Assembly: GCA_002269645.1 (NCBI GenBank)
Contig: NIVC01000194.1
Span: 134,053 to 198,052, forward strand
Direction: 5' to 3'
DNA: 64,000 nt
Origin: Macrostomum lignano
Lineage: Eukaryota
The translations under genes and the position numbers were made by a program. Positions 47,561-58,671 of the stretch are shown here, piece after piece. Position 1 is the stretch's first letter. Every line of letters begins with the position of its first letter. The notes under the pieces are model-generated. The model was not told the DNA's origin, did not search any database, and saw only the letters and a program-made list of their open reading frames with translations.

Positions 47561-48874
47561 ACGAGGGGTGTGCGGAAAGTTTAGACACTTACCAGAGCAA
47601 AAACGGAAGCAGCTGCTAGCACAGCAATTCGTTATAATGAATTCAATCTGCTATAAATGATACTTTGGGCACTCCATTAAAAATATGCTTGTAAAGTCAT
47701 AGGAAGCTGTTGATGGTCTGACAGCTGGTTTGTCCTTATAGAAGCAAATTGTTCTCTGTCTCCGCATATTGCAACGTACTCCTCCCATTGCTTGAGCATC
47801 TCCCGTCCCGGCCGACCTGTAACAGCTATGAAGATAAAACTTTCAGAGCTTTTCAAAGTACTCTCCATCAGCTTGGATGCACCGCCTCATCCGCTCAAAC
47901 CAACTTGCAAAGCAGTGGCGCCACTCTGAGTGTGATACCCCTTCAACGGCCGGTCTATAGGCAACAACAGCCTCTTCGGCGGAGGAAAATCGCCACCCTC
48001 GCATGGAGTTCTTGATGGATGGAAACAGAAAAAAGTCGGTGCCAGGTCAGGAGAATACGGCGGATGACAGCTGTTGGAAGCCCACCGTCTGTATGAACTC
48101 TTGAGTTCGGTTCGCCGTGTGCGCACTGGCGTTGTCCTGGTGCAGCCAGAGACCTCGAACGCCGCACTTTGGCCGCGCTTCTTCAAGGCTGCTGATGACA
48201 CGCGGCAGATGGTGCAGTACCAATCTCCAGTCACTGTGCGCTGGCTCTCGAGTGCTATACAGTCGCAATGTGGCCGGTCTTTCGGAAGAAAGTTTCCACC
48301 ATTTGCTTGCCAGTGCTGCGACCCCTGACAACCCTTGGTCGGTGGGGTTTCATCTTCAAAAGCCCACACACGCGACTGGCATTTGCGCTCGGGTTCGTAG
48401 CAATGCACCCACATTTAATCACATGTGAAAATGTCTGTGACAACCTGTCTAGCATTTCCTGGCACCAGCTCATGCGGACCTGTTTCTGCTCGGCCGTGAG
48501 CAAATGCGGCACCCAGCGACTGGTCAGCTTGCGGACAGCGAGGTGATCGCGAAGGATGGAAGCAACTGTCGGCGATGAGATGCCAAGACATGCCTCAATC
48601 GTTTTTTACGTCACTCGCCGATCAGCTTCAATCATGCGCCGCACGCGGTCGACAGTTTCAGGCGTCGTCACTGAAACAGGTCGGCCGGTCCGACCTTTGT
48701 CTTCCAAGCTGTCTCGGCCACGCTTGAACTCGCGGAACCAGCCGGTGACGGGGCGATAGATGGCGCAAGGTTGGGAAAGGCGGCAGACAGCCGCTCGTGG
48801 CACTGGTGAAACGTCAAGCCGCTCTTGAAATCATAAAAAATCATAGCACGAAAGTGTTCACGACTGAGCTCCAT
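47561..48874 (-). mobile_element. Decayed mariner (DD34D) element; transposase pseudogene 48874-47843
   Basis: MELSREHFRAMIFYDF, WFREFKRG..SLED..RTGRP, WVHCYEPE, HQDNASAH, HPPYSPDLAP, C-terminal ADGEYFEKL*. Several frameshifts and a TAA at the conserved D-E position. TIR-like ACGAGGGGTGTGCGGAAAGT at 47561; the partner TIR was not found. Confidence 0.92.
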
Positions 48875-49354
48875 TGCAGTGCTGAAAGAGTCACAGACCT
48901 TGTTGAGATAAAATGCGACAGTGAGGGAATGGTGACAATTAGACGCATGAAACTTTGGGGATTATGGGAACACTTCTTATTCAATATGCTCAGAAAATAT
49001 GGCCTAATTTAAATAAACGGTTTGGCTCAGAGGCGTCGCCATGGATTTCATGGTGGGGGGGGACGCCGTGCCCCCCCCCCCGTGGTGACACCCCACCTCC
49101 TGGGTATCAGCATTTCACAAACAGTAGGAAAGTTTACAACGTCATGGCTAAACTGACTAAATGCTACAATAATGCTACTTAATACATATTAGGTAATCTT
49201 TGCGGAAGTGACATCAAGTGCATAGACACTATGAGCGGATCTATGGTACGAGCTAGGCACAACATTCCATTCACTTCGCTCGTCCATCCCAGGCGCAGAT
49301 GCCACTGTCGGGAGCTGCATTGCATTGCATATTAACATTTCTGCCGATATCGCC

Positions 49355-49948
49355 ATGCGGGACCAGCAGAGCCGCTGCGAACTGGACGACGGGGTTGCGG
49401 AGCAGCGGAAGCGCCGGTACCTGCAGTGCGAGCACCAGTCTCGGCGTCTGCAGCAGCCTCCGCTGGCGAGGCCTTCGCACAGGTCGCGGCACAGACCGCC
49501 AGTCCAGCGGCAGCCACAGCCGCAGGAGAGTCAAGGCCACCAGAGCAACCAGCAGAACAGCGGCTCTTCAGCGAGGAGCCAAACGCCCAAGCCGACACCC
49601 CTGTGCAACATGGCCACCACCGTGAGCTACCCGACCGGGGCCAGCAGCTGCGAGATGATTGGCTGGCACGTGGCCAACATGGACGCCAAGCTGAACGCGC
49701 TGTTCGACACGATGAGTGAGATCTACAAGGACACGGCGATGCTGGCCGGGGAGAGCGAGGCCTCGGCAGCGGCCAGCATGCAGGAGCTGGTGGAGCCGGG
49801 CATGTTCACCCTGCTGCAGCGGGAGAGCACCAGCTGGGACCCGTCCGTGATGAACAAGAAGGTCAGCCAGCTGGTGCTCATCGGCAGCTGGATTTACCAC
49901 AGGACTCAGAGCGTTGTCAACGGCTGCTGCGAGGCCGGCTTGCCGTGA
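49355..49948 (+). CDS. Intronless orphan protein, 197 aa, unknown function
   Basis: GCCATG start and strong C/G third-position bias like the neighbouring true exons. Gln/Arg-rich N-half and predicted-helical C-half; no family recognised. Confidence 0.6.
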   Translation: MRDQQSRCELDDGVAEQRKRRYLQCEHQSRRLQQPPLARPSHRSRHRPPVQRQPQPQESQGHQSNQQNSGSSARSQTPKPTPLCNMATTVSYPTGASSCEMIGWHVANMDAKLNALFDTMSEIYKDTAMLAGESEASAAASMQELVEPGMFTLLQRESTSWDPSVMNKKVSQLVLIGSWIYHRTQSVVNGCCEAGLP

Positions 49949-51258
49949 CAGCGGAACTGCTCGCTGCTGATGCTGCTGTAGTAGTTACTCTCCGGCAAAT
50001 CATTGACGGCACCGATATCGATACAAAATATCATATTAGGGACTTAAGCTCTACTAGGAATTTCTGTACCAATACACCGATTTTAACAGACTTTTTTGGG
50101 CTGCTTGAAGTGACTTGCACGTACCAAGTCACCTGCGGCTCCGCTAAAACACGTTTTCCTTTGACTGATTCAGAAATGCGCACCTGAGCTGCTTGCTCTT
50201 TAGCGCTCTTTAGCAGTCGTCGCCAGTTTTAATTTTGGTCCATCTGCTTCTAAATTGCCAGCAAAGCTTCCATCGCTCACAGACTCCTGATTTTCTCAGG
50301 CACGAGAGCCACTGTTGTCAATCATCTTTGTTCTACTGGCAAACCCCGAGCTTTCTTTCACTGATGAGGCTGTGTGTTTGGAGTAGAATAGTTCAGCAGT
50401 CGTTGAGGAAACCAACGGAGACGAACAATTCCCTCATTCTGCATGCTCAGTCACTGACTCGACATTGAGCTACGAGTATTTTTCTATTTCAATAACAGTA
50501 CGAGATTGCAGAATTCCAGACCGTCAGACCACCCCCGCAAGTAGCAGCGGCTCGGCTTGCGGCAATGTTTTTGCCTGACTAATTCGCTGATGAGTGGAGC
50601 TTTCTCCCCTGGCATTGTGTTTGACATGCATCGGAAAATAGCCCGTCCGCTGCACCTGCCCTGCTCCTCCGTCGGCTCACCTGCCCGACGTCACTCGCTT
50701 CTCTTCCAAGACAGCCAACAAACACGCGAAGTCCCCCCCCCAGTGCCTGCAAGTCTTGCCCGCATTTGGCTTAGAGATGGACTGGGGAGAGAGGCGAGGG
50801 ACCAGCTGCTGCAGTTGCTATGGCAACGCTTGCATTGTTTCTGTGGAATGCACTTGGCCGTGGTTGGGACGAGGCCGACAAGAGCCGCTTGCCTGTGTTT
50901 GCTCCCAGCCGGAGTGCTGCGGCGGAGAGCGGAGCGAGCAGAAATTTCTGGACGGAAAAAACTTTTTCCGTCTCCATCGCGGGGAGGCCGCTTGGAGCAG
51001 CCCAGAATCCACTGGCGGCTGCAGGGCCGGAGGCTGAGGAGTGAATGCGGAGTAGCTGGGACAAAAATCGATATTCCGCCCGCCCCGCTAGCGCACTAAA
51101 GCAGGGGAGCTGCTTAAAACAATAGGAAAGCCGGCTGCAGCCAGAAAGCCTCTCTTAGCTCATCAGCCCACTCTGCCTGAGCACTCAAGCACACGACGGA
51201 AGCGCTCGACATCCGAGAATCCGATTTCTGCTCGCCTGACTGACCCGGACCTGTCGGC

Positions 51259-54200
51259 ATGACCCACAAGGACGACCCTCAGCAGGAGGACGAGGCGGCC
51301 GTCTCACCCGCCGGCTCGGCCTCCGAGCTGCAGCAGAAGCGGCCGGATACCGCCGAGGATCCCCGGCCGCCGGGGAGCCCCCAGCGGCCGAGGAGCCCCA
51401 GCGGCCGAGGAGCCCCAGCGGCCGAGCCCGAGGCTGGCGAGGAAGAGGAATTTGCTGATGAAGAGGCGGTTGAACCGCAGGAGCCGCCGCCGCCCACCGC
51501 CATGGAGGAGATGAAGGAAATCCTGGTGGGCCTCACGGATGAAGGACTGGACCGGCTGCACGAGCTCATCCCGCAGCTGTCCGAGGCTGAGGTCAACTTC
51601 AAGGATAAGAACGGCAACGGCTGGCTGCACTGGCTAACGGTGTCCAAGAACCTGCAGTCGCTGGACCCCGGCCGGCTGGTGTCCTTGGTGTACGCGTACT
51701 CGCTTGCGGGCATCAACTACAACATGCGCAACCTCACTAAGAACACCGCGCTGCACTTTGCCGTGGCCTGCTCGGCTCCGCTGCCCCTCATCAATGCGCT
51801 GCTCAAGGTGAGTCAATCTGAGTGAACCTAGGATGGAATTGCCGGTGTTTTCAGGGCTGTACATGTGCGAACGCAGGCACTCAGCGGTGTACATCTGCCC
51901 TCCTTGGAACTGTCTACCTTGGTGGCTGTCCCTCGTGGGTTTAAAGTCTTAAAATCCCTTTGTATTGTTTGGAGAGGAGCTTCAGGCAATGCCGCAAATC
52001 ATAGCGAAATTTGACCTTGACTTTCTCCTTGTCAGGCATGTGCACCACTCTGTGCCCTTAGGGGTTGGCCTCATGGGCCTCATGTGCCGCTGTAATTTGG
52101 CACGAGGCCAATCTCTCCCATTGACTACATGTGCTTCTGGTGGTCCCTGACAAATGACATTAGAATAAACATCTTCGCACCCCTGCCGCCGTAGATCGGG
52201 GTGGACCCCGGCTTTGCCAACAGCAAGGGCCGCACAGCTCGCACGTGCACCACCAACCGCGCCGTGCTGAAGACCCTGGAGATGTTCACGCCGCCCCTGG
52301 ACGAGGCAATCAAGGAGGGTGACATGCAGCAAGTGGCCGAGCTGGTCTCCTACTGGGTGAAGGTGACCAACTATCACCTGGACATCTCCAAGCGGCACCC
52401 GGAGATTCGCGACTACCTTGTTGAGATGCGCCCGACCGTGACGCTGGTGCACCGCTGCCTGGCTGGTGACGCCTCGGCTCTTCGGGCCGCACTGGAGGAG
52501 AACCCGGACCTGCGGCTGGACCTGTATGACGAGAGCCGCCTGAACGAGGACGGCAGCGCTGATCGGCAGCCACTGCTGCGGCAGCTCATCGACTGTCAGT
52601 ACAGCCTGGAGGCTGCGCAGCTGCTGCTGGAGCGGACCAGGCCGGATGTGGACTTCCAGGTCCGCTTCCGGGAAGATGAGGAGGATGGCAGCATGATGGT
52701 GCCGTTCTGGATTGCCTTCAAGGTGAGTGCCTGCCGCGTGGGCTCTGCTTGCCGTGTGGGGAGGCGGTTGAGCTCTGCGTGTGGGGAGGCGGTTGAGCTC
52801 TGCGTGTGGGGAGGCGGCAGAGCTCTGCTTGTGGGGAGGCAGCTGAGCTCTGCTTGCCGTGTGGGAGGCGGCTGAGCTCTGCTTGTGGGGAGGCAGCTGA
52901 GCTCTGCTTGCCGTGTGGGGAGGCGGCTGAGCTCTGCGTGTGGGGAGGCGGCTGAGCTCTGCTTGTGGGGAGGCAGCTGAGCTCTGCTTGCCGTGTGGGG
53001 AGGCGGCTGAGCTCTGCGTGTGGGGAGGCAGCTCAGCTCTGCTTGCCGTGTGGGGAGGCGGTCTGGAGAGACTGCGTGTCAAAAGAGCTCGAATTCCTGA
53101 CTGACGCAGCTTAAATTTACTCAACAGGCCTCGAACCACGTCAACAAGGACATCCTGCTGCCGCTGGTGCAGAACTGCGTGGACTACAAGACCTCCTTGG
53201 CCTCTCTGGACCACGAGATCATGCTGGCCTTCCTTGCCCAGGAGCGAGAGATCTTCGACCACCTGGTGAAGATGGGCTACCAGTTCTGGAAGCCGGACAG
53301 CCGGATGCGCACCCTGGCTGATCAGGCCATGCTGAACGAGCTGAAGCGGCGCGACGAGTTCGACGCCTCCGCCATTCTCGACTCGCTAGAGGAGCTGGAC
53401 GCCGCCCTGCTGCCGGCTCTGCGGGCGATGTCCGACGAGGAGCTCCGGGCGACCTGCCTGGGCACCGGCTACTGGCCGTGCATCGGCTGGCGGAACCTCG
53501 CCAAGCTGCGACACAGCAAGGCCAAGGCGGACAAGAAGCTGGCACAGCGGCTGGAGCAGATCGAGAAAGTCTGGGTGGGTAAACAGCGTGGGTTAATACT
53601 GTATAATGCCTCGTCAGCTAAAAAGTTTCTGTTATCAATTCATTAATAGAGTTGACTTTACGCTTGAGGAGCCGAATGCCACCAGGCTTCCCATTTCCTA
53701 TTCCCACAGCTATCCCATCCAACCGGCTTCCCAATGCAGTGGGAATACTGTCTCACAACAGGAAAAGTTGACAATGAGAATTTTTTCTCAGTACAAAGGA
53801 GAGAGGAGTGGGGGATGAACTGCATCGACCCGCCATTATTGCCGATTTCGCATCCCACGCGCAACCCCCATCTCTGCATCTCTGCTCCCCATCTGCTCCC
53901 CGGCAGGTGGGAGGCCGTGCCTGTCAGCAAAGCGGCTCCTCAGCCAGTTATCCGCACTGGCGGTTTTCACAGACTCTGTCAACTCAGCTGGGGAGGCGGT
54001 GGGGCGGGTGGGAAGAATGGCGGAGCTCTGCTTCTCGCCAAATCACCCGGTTGCTAGGGGCAACGGGGCGCGTGCCTCGCCCTACAAGCTGAATTTGTCA
54101 AGGAGCCGAGTTCGAATCCTTATGCCTCGATTGAATGTCTGAGATCCGCTCGTAGAACTTTTATCTCAGGGATTGAGATTGGGACTCAGGTGTAAGATTA

Positions 54201-56909
54201 ACCCAGTTTTTTCGTATAGTGAGGTTCTTTTCTTGAATTTTAGGGGTGTTATTTCCTGATTTAGATCTTAGGGGTGAGATTCCTTAGTTCAAATCTCAGG
54301 GGTGAGATTCCTTAGTTCAAATCTCAGGGGTGAGATTCACTAGTTTAAATCTCAGGGGTGAGATTCCTTAGTTCAAATCTCAGGGGTGAGATTCCTTAGT
54401 TTAAATCTCAAGGTGAGATTCCCTAGTTTAAATCTCAAGGTGAGATTCCCTAGTTTAAATCTCAGGGGTGAGATTCCTTAGTTCAAATCTCAGGGGTGAG
54501 ATTCCCTAGTTTAAATCTCAGGGGTGAGATTCCCTAGTTTAAATCTCAAGGGTGAGATTCCCTAGTTTAAATCTCAGAAGTGAGATTCCCTAGTTTAAAT
54601 CTCAGGGGTGAGATTCCTTAGTTCAAATCTCAGGGGTGAGATTCCCTAGTTTAAATATCAGGGGTGAGATCCCCTGTTTCGCAATGTCCCAGCCCTTCCC
54701 GCACCGCAGATTCTGTACCGGAATCTCCGCAAGCTGACAATACTCGGCAACACGGCCGGCTTCAGAGATACCGCCACCCAGGAGGCCTGCGAGGTGGTGG
54801 ACAAGAAAGGCCAGAGCCTCATCCACTGGGCGGTCATCTACGAGCGCCGGTTCATCCTGAAGCACATCCTGGACAAGCACCCGGGCCAGGTGGACCTGCG
54901 CGACCACGTGAGTTTCTATTTGAAGTTGGAGCGGATTTTAGCAACATCTCTAATAGCGCTACTAATAGTAGAAATCTTATGTTCGCCGCTTTGTAAATGA
55001 TCCGCGCCACCATGCAGAGCACCCGTACTGCGTTGCACTACGCCCAGGGCATCGACGAGGAGTTCATGTATAACAATCTGGTGCGCGCCGGGGCCGATCC
55101 CGAGCTGCCCGACAATGTGAGAAGCGGTCACGTGATCCTATGCACAGATTGTTTTACTATCTTTAATATGCCGTATACCCTCGCTCAGATCAAATCCACC
55201 CTCCCTCAGATAAAATCCACCCTCACTCAGATCCCATCCACCCTCACTCAGATCCCATCCACCCTCACTCAGATCCCATCCACCCTCACTAAGATCCCAT
55301 CCACCTTCACTCAGATCCCATCCACCCTCACTCAGATCCCATCCACCCTCACTCAGATCCCATCCACCCTCACTCAGATCCCATCCACCCTCGCTCAGAT
55401 CCCATCCACCCTCGCTCAGATCCGATCCACCCTCACTCAGATCCCATCCACCCTCACTCAGATCCCATCCGGCATCCACCCTCACTCAGATCCCATCCGG
55501 CATTCACCCTCACTCAGATCCCATCCGGCATCCACCCTGACTCAGATCCCATTCGGCATCCACCCTGACTCAGATCCCATCCGGCATCCACCCTAACTCG
55601 GATCCCATTCACCCTAACTCGGATCCCAACCCTATCCGCCCTCAGTCCGCCAGCGCCGGCTCAGACAATCGCAAGTCAACCGGCTACCCGTTGCTAAGCA
55701 ACGCGGACATGGTGAAGTCGCACTACCGGCAGGCCATCAAGGTGGAGCGCAAAGACACGAGTGGGCACTCGCACTACCTGCTTGCCGTCTACCTGAGCCT
55801 CTGCGACGCCATCGAAAAGAACAACGAGGAGCTGTTCGACCAGATCACTGAGACCTTCTGGCCGGACCTGGCCTTCGAGGCGCTGGCCAAGCTGAACAAA
55901 ACCTTCCCCAACCAGCCGCACCGGTTCAGAAACCTCATCACCCTGTGCATCGAGAAGGAGAGGGAGGAGTTCGGCCGGCGGCTGCTCAAAGCGGGCATCC
56001 CGGTGCCGTCCGAGGTGCGCTTTGATCGGGGGAGGGGGGGGCAGCTGGTCTTCCTTTGATTGGGGCAGCTGGTCTTCCTTTGATTGGGGCAGCTGGTCTT
56101 CCTTTGATTGGGGCAGCTGGTCTTCCTTTGATTGGGGCAGCTGGTCTTCCTTTGATTGGGGCAGCTGGTCTTCCTTTGATTGGGGCAGCTGGTCTTTTTT
56201 TGATTGGATTGGGGCAGCTGGTCTTCCTTTGATTGGGGCAGCTGGTCTTTTTTTGATTGGATTGGGGCAGCTGGTCTTCCCGACACCCGAGTTTCCTGAC
56301 ACCCAGTCTTCCTGACACCTGATCATCCTGACATCCAGTCTTCCTGACACCCAGTCTTCCCTGACACCCAGTCTTCCTGACACCCAGTCTTCCTGACACC
56401 CAGTCTTCCTGACACCCAGTCTTCCTGACACCTGATTATCGTGAGACCCAGTCTTCCTGACACCCAGTCTCCTGGTGCCTGACCATCCTGCCTACTGACA
56501 TTTTCCGATCTCCTTCGTCCCGCAGGTGCACTCCGGTGACCAGACCCTGCAGGCGGACGAGTTTGCCCGCACAGCCGGCATGGACCAGCTGGCCGACGAC
56601 ATCGAGCGGCAGCGCAACAACCGCCGCAGCGAGGCCTCCGGTGCCGCCGCAGCCGCCGCTGCCGCCGCTCCCAACTCGGCCGGCGACACGCGGCAGCCGC
56701 CGCGGTCTGATGACTTCTCCGACGAAGGCGAGACCATCGTCTCCGTGGACACGCAGAACTCGGGCGCCACCCCGGAGGAGCCGGTCAAGAAGCCGAAGAA
56801 AAAGAAGAAGAAGCACCATCACCACGGAGACAAGGCCAAGGGGGGCAAGGGCAAGAAGAAGGCCAAGAACAACAAGGTGGAGGAGAGCGAGGTCTGCGCC
56901 ATTCTCTGA
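51259..56909 (+). CDS. Ankyrin-repeat protein with polybasic tail and CAAX box, 7 exons
   Basis: Exons 51259-51807, 52195-52722, 53128-53574, 54710-54907, 55018-55116, ~55646-56014 (acceptor uncertain), 56526-56909. Ankyrin motifs KDKNGNGWLHW, NLTKNTALHFAV, DKKGQSLIHWAV, STRTALHYA. Ends KKPKKKKKKHHHH...VCAIL*. Confidence 0.85.
52735..53065. repeat. 25-30-bp intronic minisatellite
   Basis: GAGCTCTGCTTGCCGTGTGGGGAGGCGGCT-type units. Confidence 0.92.
54270..54675. repeat. 28-bp intronic minisatellite (GGGGTGAGATTCCTTAGTTCAAATCTCA)
   Basis: About 14 units ending ~35 nt before the acceptor at 54709. Confidence 0.95.
55175..55640. repeat. 21-bp intronic minisatellite (CAGATCCCATCCACCCTCACT)
   Basis: Direct tandem repeat; explains the QIPSTLT ORF. 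Confidence 0.95.
56040..56475. repeat. Two adjacent intronic minisatellites (24-bp, then 16-bp)
   Basis: GGGGCAGCTGGTCTTCCTTTGATT at 56040-56280 and CTGACACCCAGTCTTC at 56283-56475. Confidence 0.93.
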
Positions 56910-58671
56910 CTCGCTTGCTGAACTTTTTCTGCTACTTTCCCCCCTCAGCACCCACCGACTCAGCACTTGAGGACTCTGGCCGCGACCCGAGCCCAGTGTA
57001 GGTTGTTGTACATGCGCACCCCTGCGTCATTCTCACCCCTCTCTCCGCTCTGATTGGCTGCTCCGCTTTGCGCCTCAGTTGTAGCTGAGCTGCCATGCCA
57101 AAACTGCGTCTGCGGTGGCGGGCTCAATGCAGAATCAAATTGGCGTACGCATCTGTCCGGGGTCAGGGGTCAGCGGAGTTGGCAGGACTGCTTGCCTCCT
57201 AGCTGATTGATCGGCTGTGATTTGCGGTAGCGCCCATGCAGAGCCCCCAGCGGCTAAAGGACCCCCCCCAACGCTGGCTCACGCAATCACCAAATTTTTT
57301 ATCGCTCGAGGTTGAGCGGCAATTTTTTCATTCTACATTTTTATTGTTTTTTTTAACTTATTCAAAGTTTTCTCGGCACCAGTTTCTGTAAAATAAACTC
57401 TACCTGTGTGTGTAAAAAACTTTGTTGGTTCTATTCTGATCGCACCTAACCGGCCTCCTGCGGCTGCGGCAGTTCCGGTTTTCTGCCTCCGTTTTGCTGC
57501 AGCCGCACCTGTTCAGCACGGATTTATTTTTGCACAGAACTACTTTGTGGTTTGGTGTTGCCACGTCCTACTATGGAATCGATATATTATTTTTTCAAGC
57601 TGAATAAGTGTCACGTGCAAAGTTTGCTATAAAAAATTTGCTTATTCGCCTTCTTTTGTGCTTTCCTAGAATCTTTCTTGGTGTTGTCCCAATCTGCAAT
57701 AAATAATATTTGTGTTGGCATCCCTTTTTTGTCCCGTTGATCAATTTTGAGCTATAATATTCTCGTTGAAATATATTATATACTCGTACTACAATATTAT
57801 ATATTGTTACAATCCGCAATATACTACTTACTGCAAAACAGTATATTTCAGGGACTCCACGGAGGGAGGAGCAAAGACTCCTTCACTTGCTTCTAATCCA
57901 GTGGAGCTCATATAGGTGTCCCGGGTTCGAATCTGCCCTCGGCTTCTCCATTTGAAAGTCCCAATTCGTCTTGCATGCCCACCCCTCCCTGGGGAGAAGT
58001 TCGCTTGAGCCGACTAGCTAATTAAGTTCGAGTAAAGGTAGTTATTATTGGCCTAATGGCAGGGCGGGTGACGGTGTGATTCCGCTGTCATATGAGATTT
58101 ATTGGGTCCGGGATGAGCAGATCGCTGTCGGCTGGGCAGCGGTGAGCGGATTAAGCACCCCGCGGGCTCACTCCACTCCCCTGACACGGCGGGGATCTGG
58201 CAGGGAGAAGGGGATGTACGGGATAGGACTGGTGAGATTTCGGGGATTGGACGATGCGACATTGCCCTTCATTGCCAGAAATTGTTCGACTTTGATTTAG
58301 TCAGTAAGTGCCTGCGAGTGTGCGAGGTCCCTTGGGCTTGGTGGCCCTGAAACCCTAGAAAGCGACTCCTGACACTCAACATTCTGACAGCCCTGACACC
58401 CCAATCATATTAATATATGAATAATAATACTCGTAGCAGGAGGGCTGCATGGACACCCTTCGGTGACATTGTCTCACAGCCGGCTCTGAGACAATTCTAC
58501 CCACTCTGCTGACTCCTGATTACCGCTGAGCTGCTCTGCCCCCTAACACCCTAAATAGCGATTCTTGACACTCAACACGGAGCTCTGACATCCTGACATT
58601 CAATTCATTGCTGCTGTTGACACTGCTTCTGATGGAGCCCCTGGGTTACCCTTTTTGTTTGATTTTTTGGG

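Noticed and set aside
51982-53262. 426-aa minus-strand ORF
   Set aside because: Antisense shadow of GC-rich ankyrin-gene exons plus an intronic repeat.
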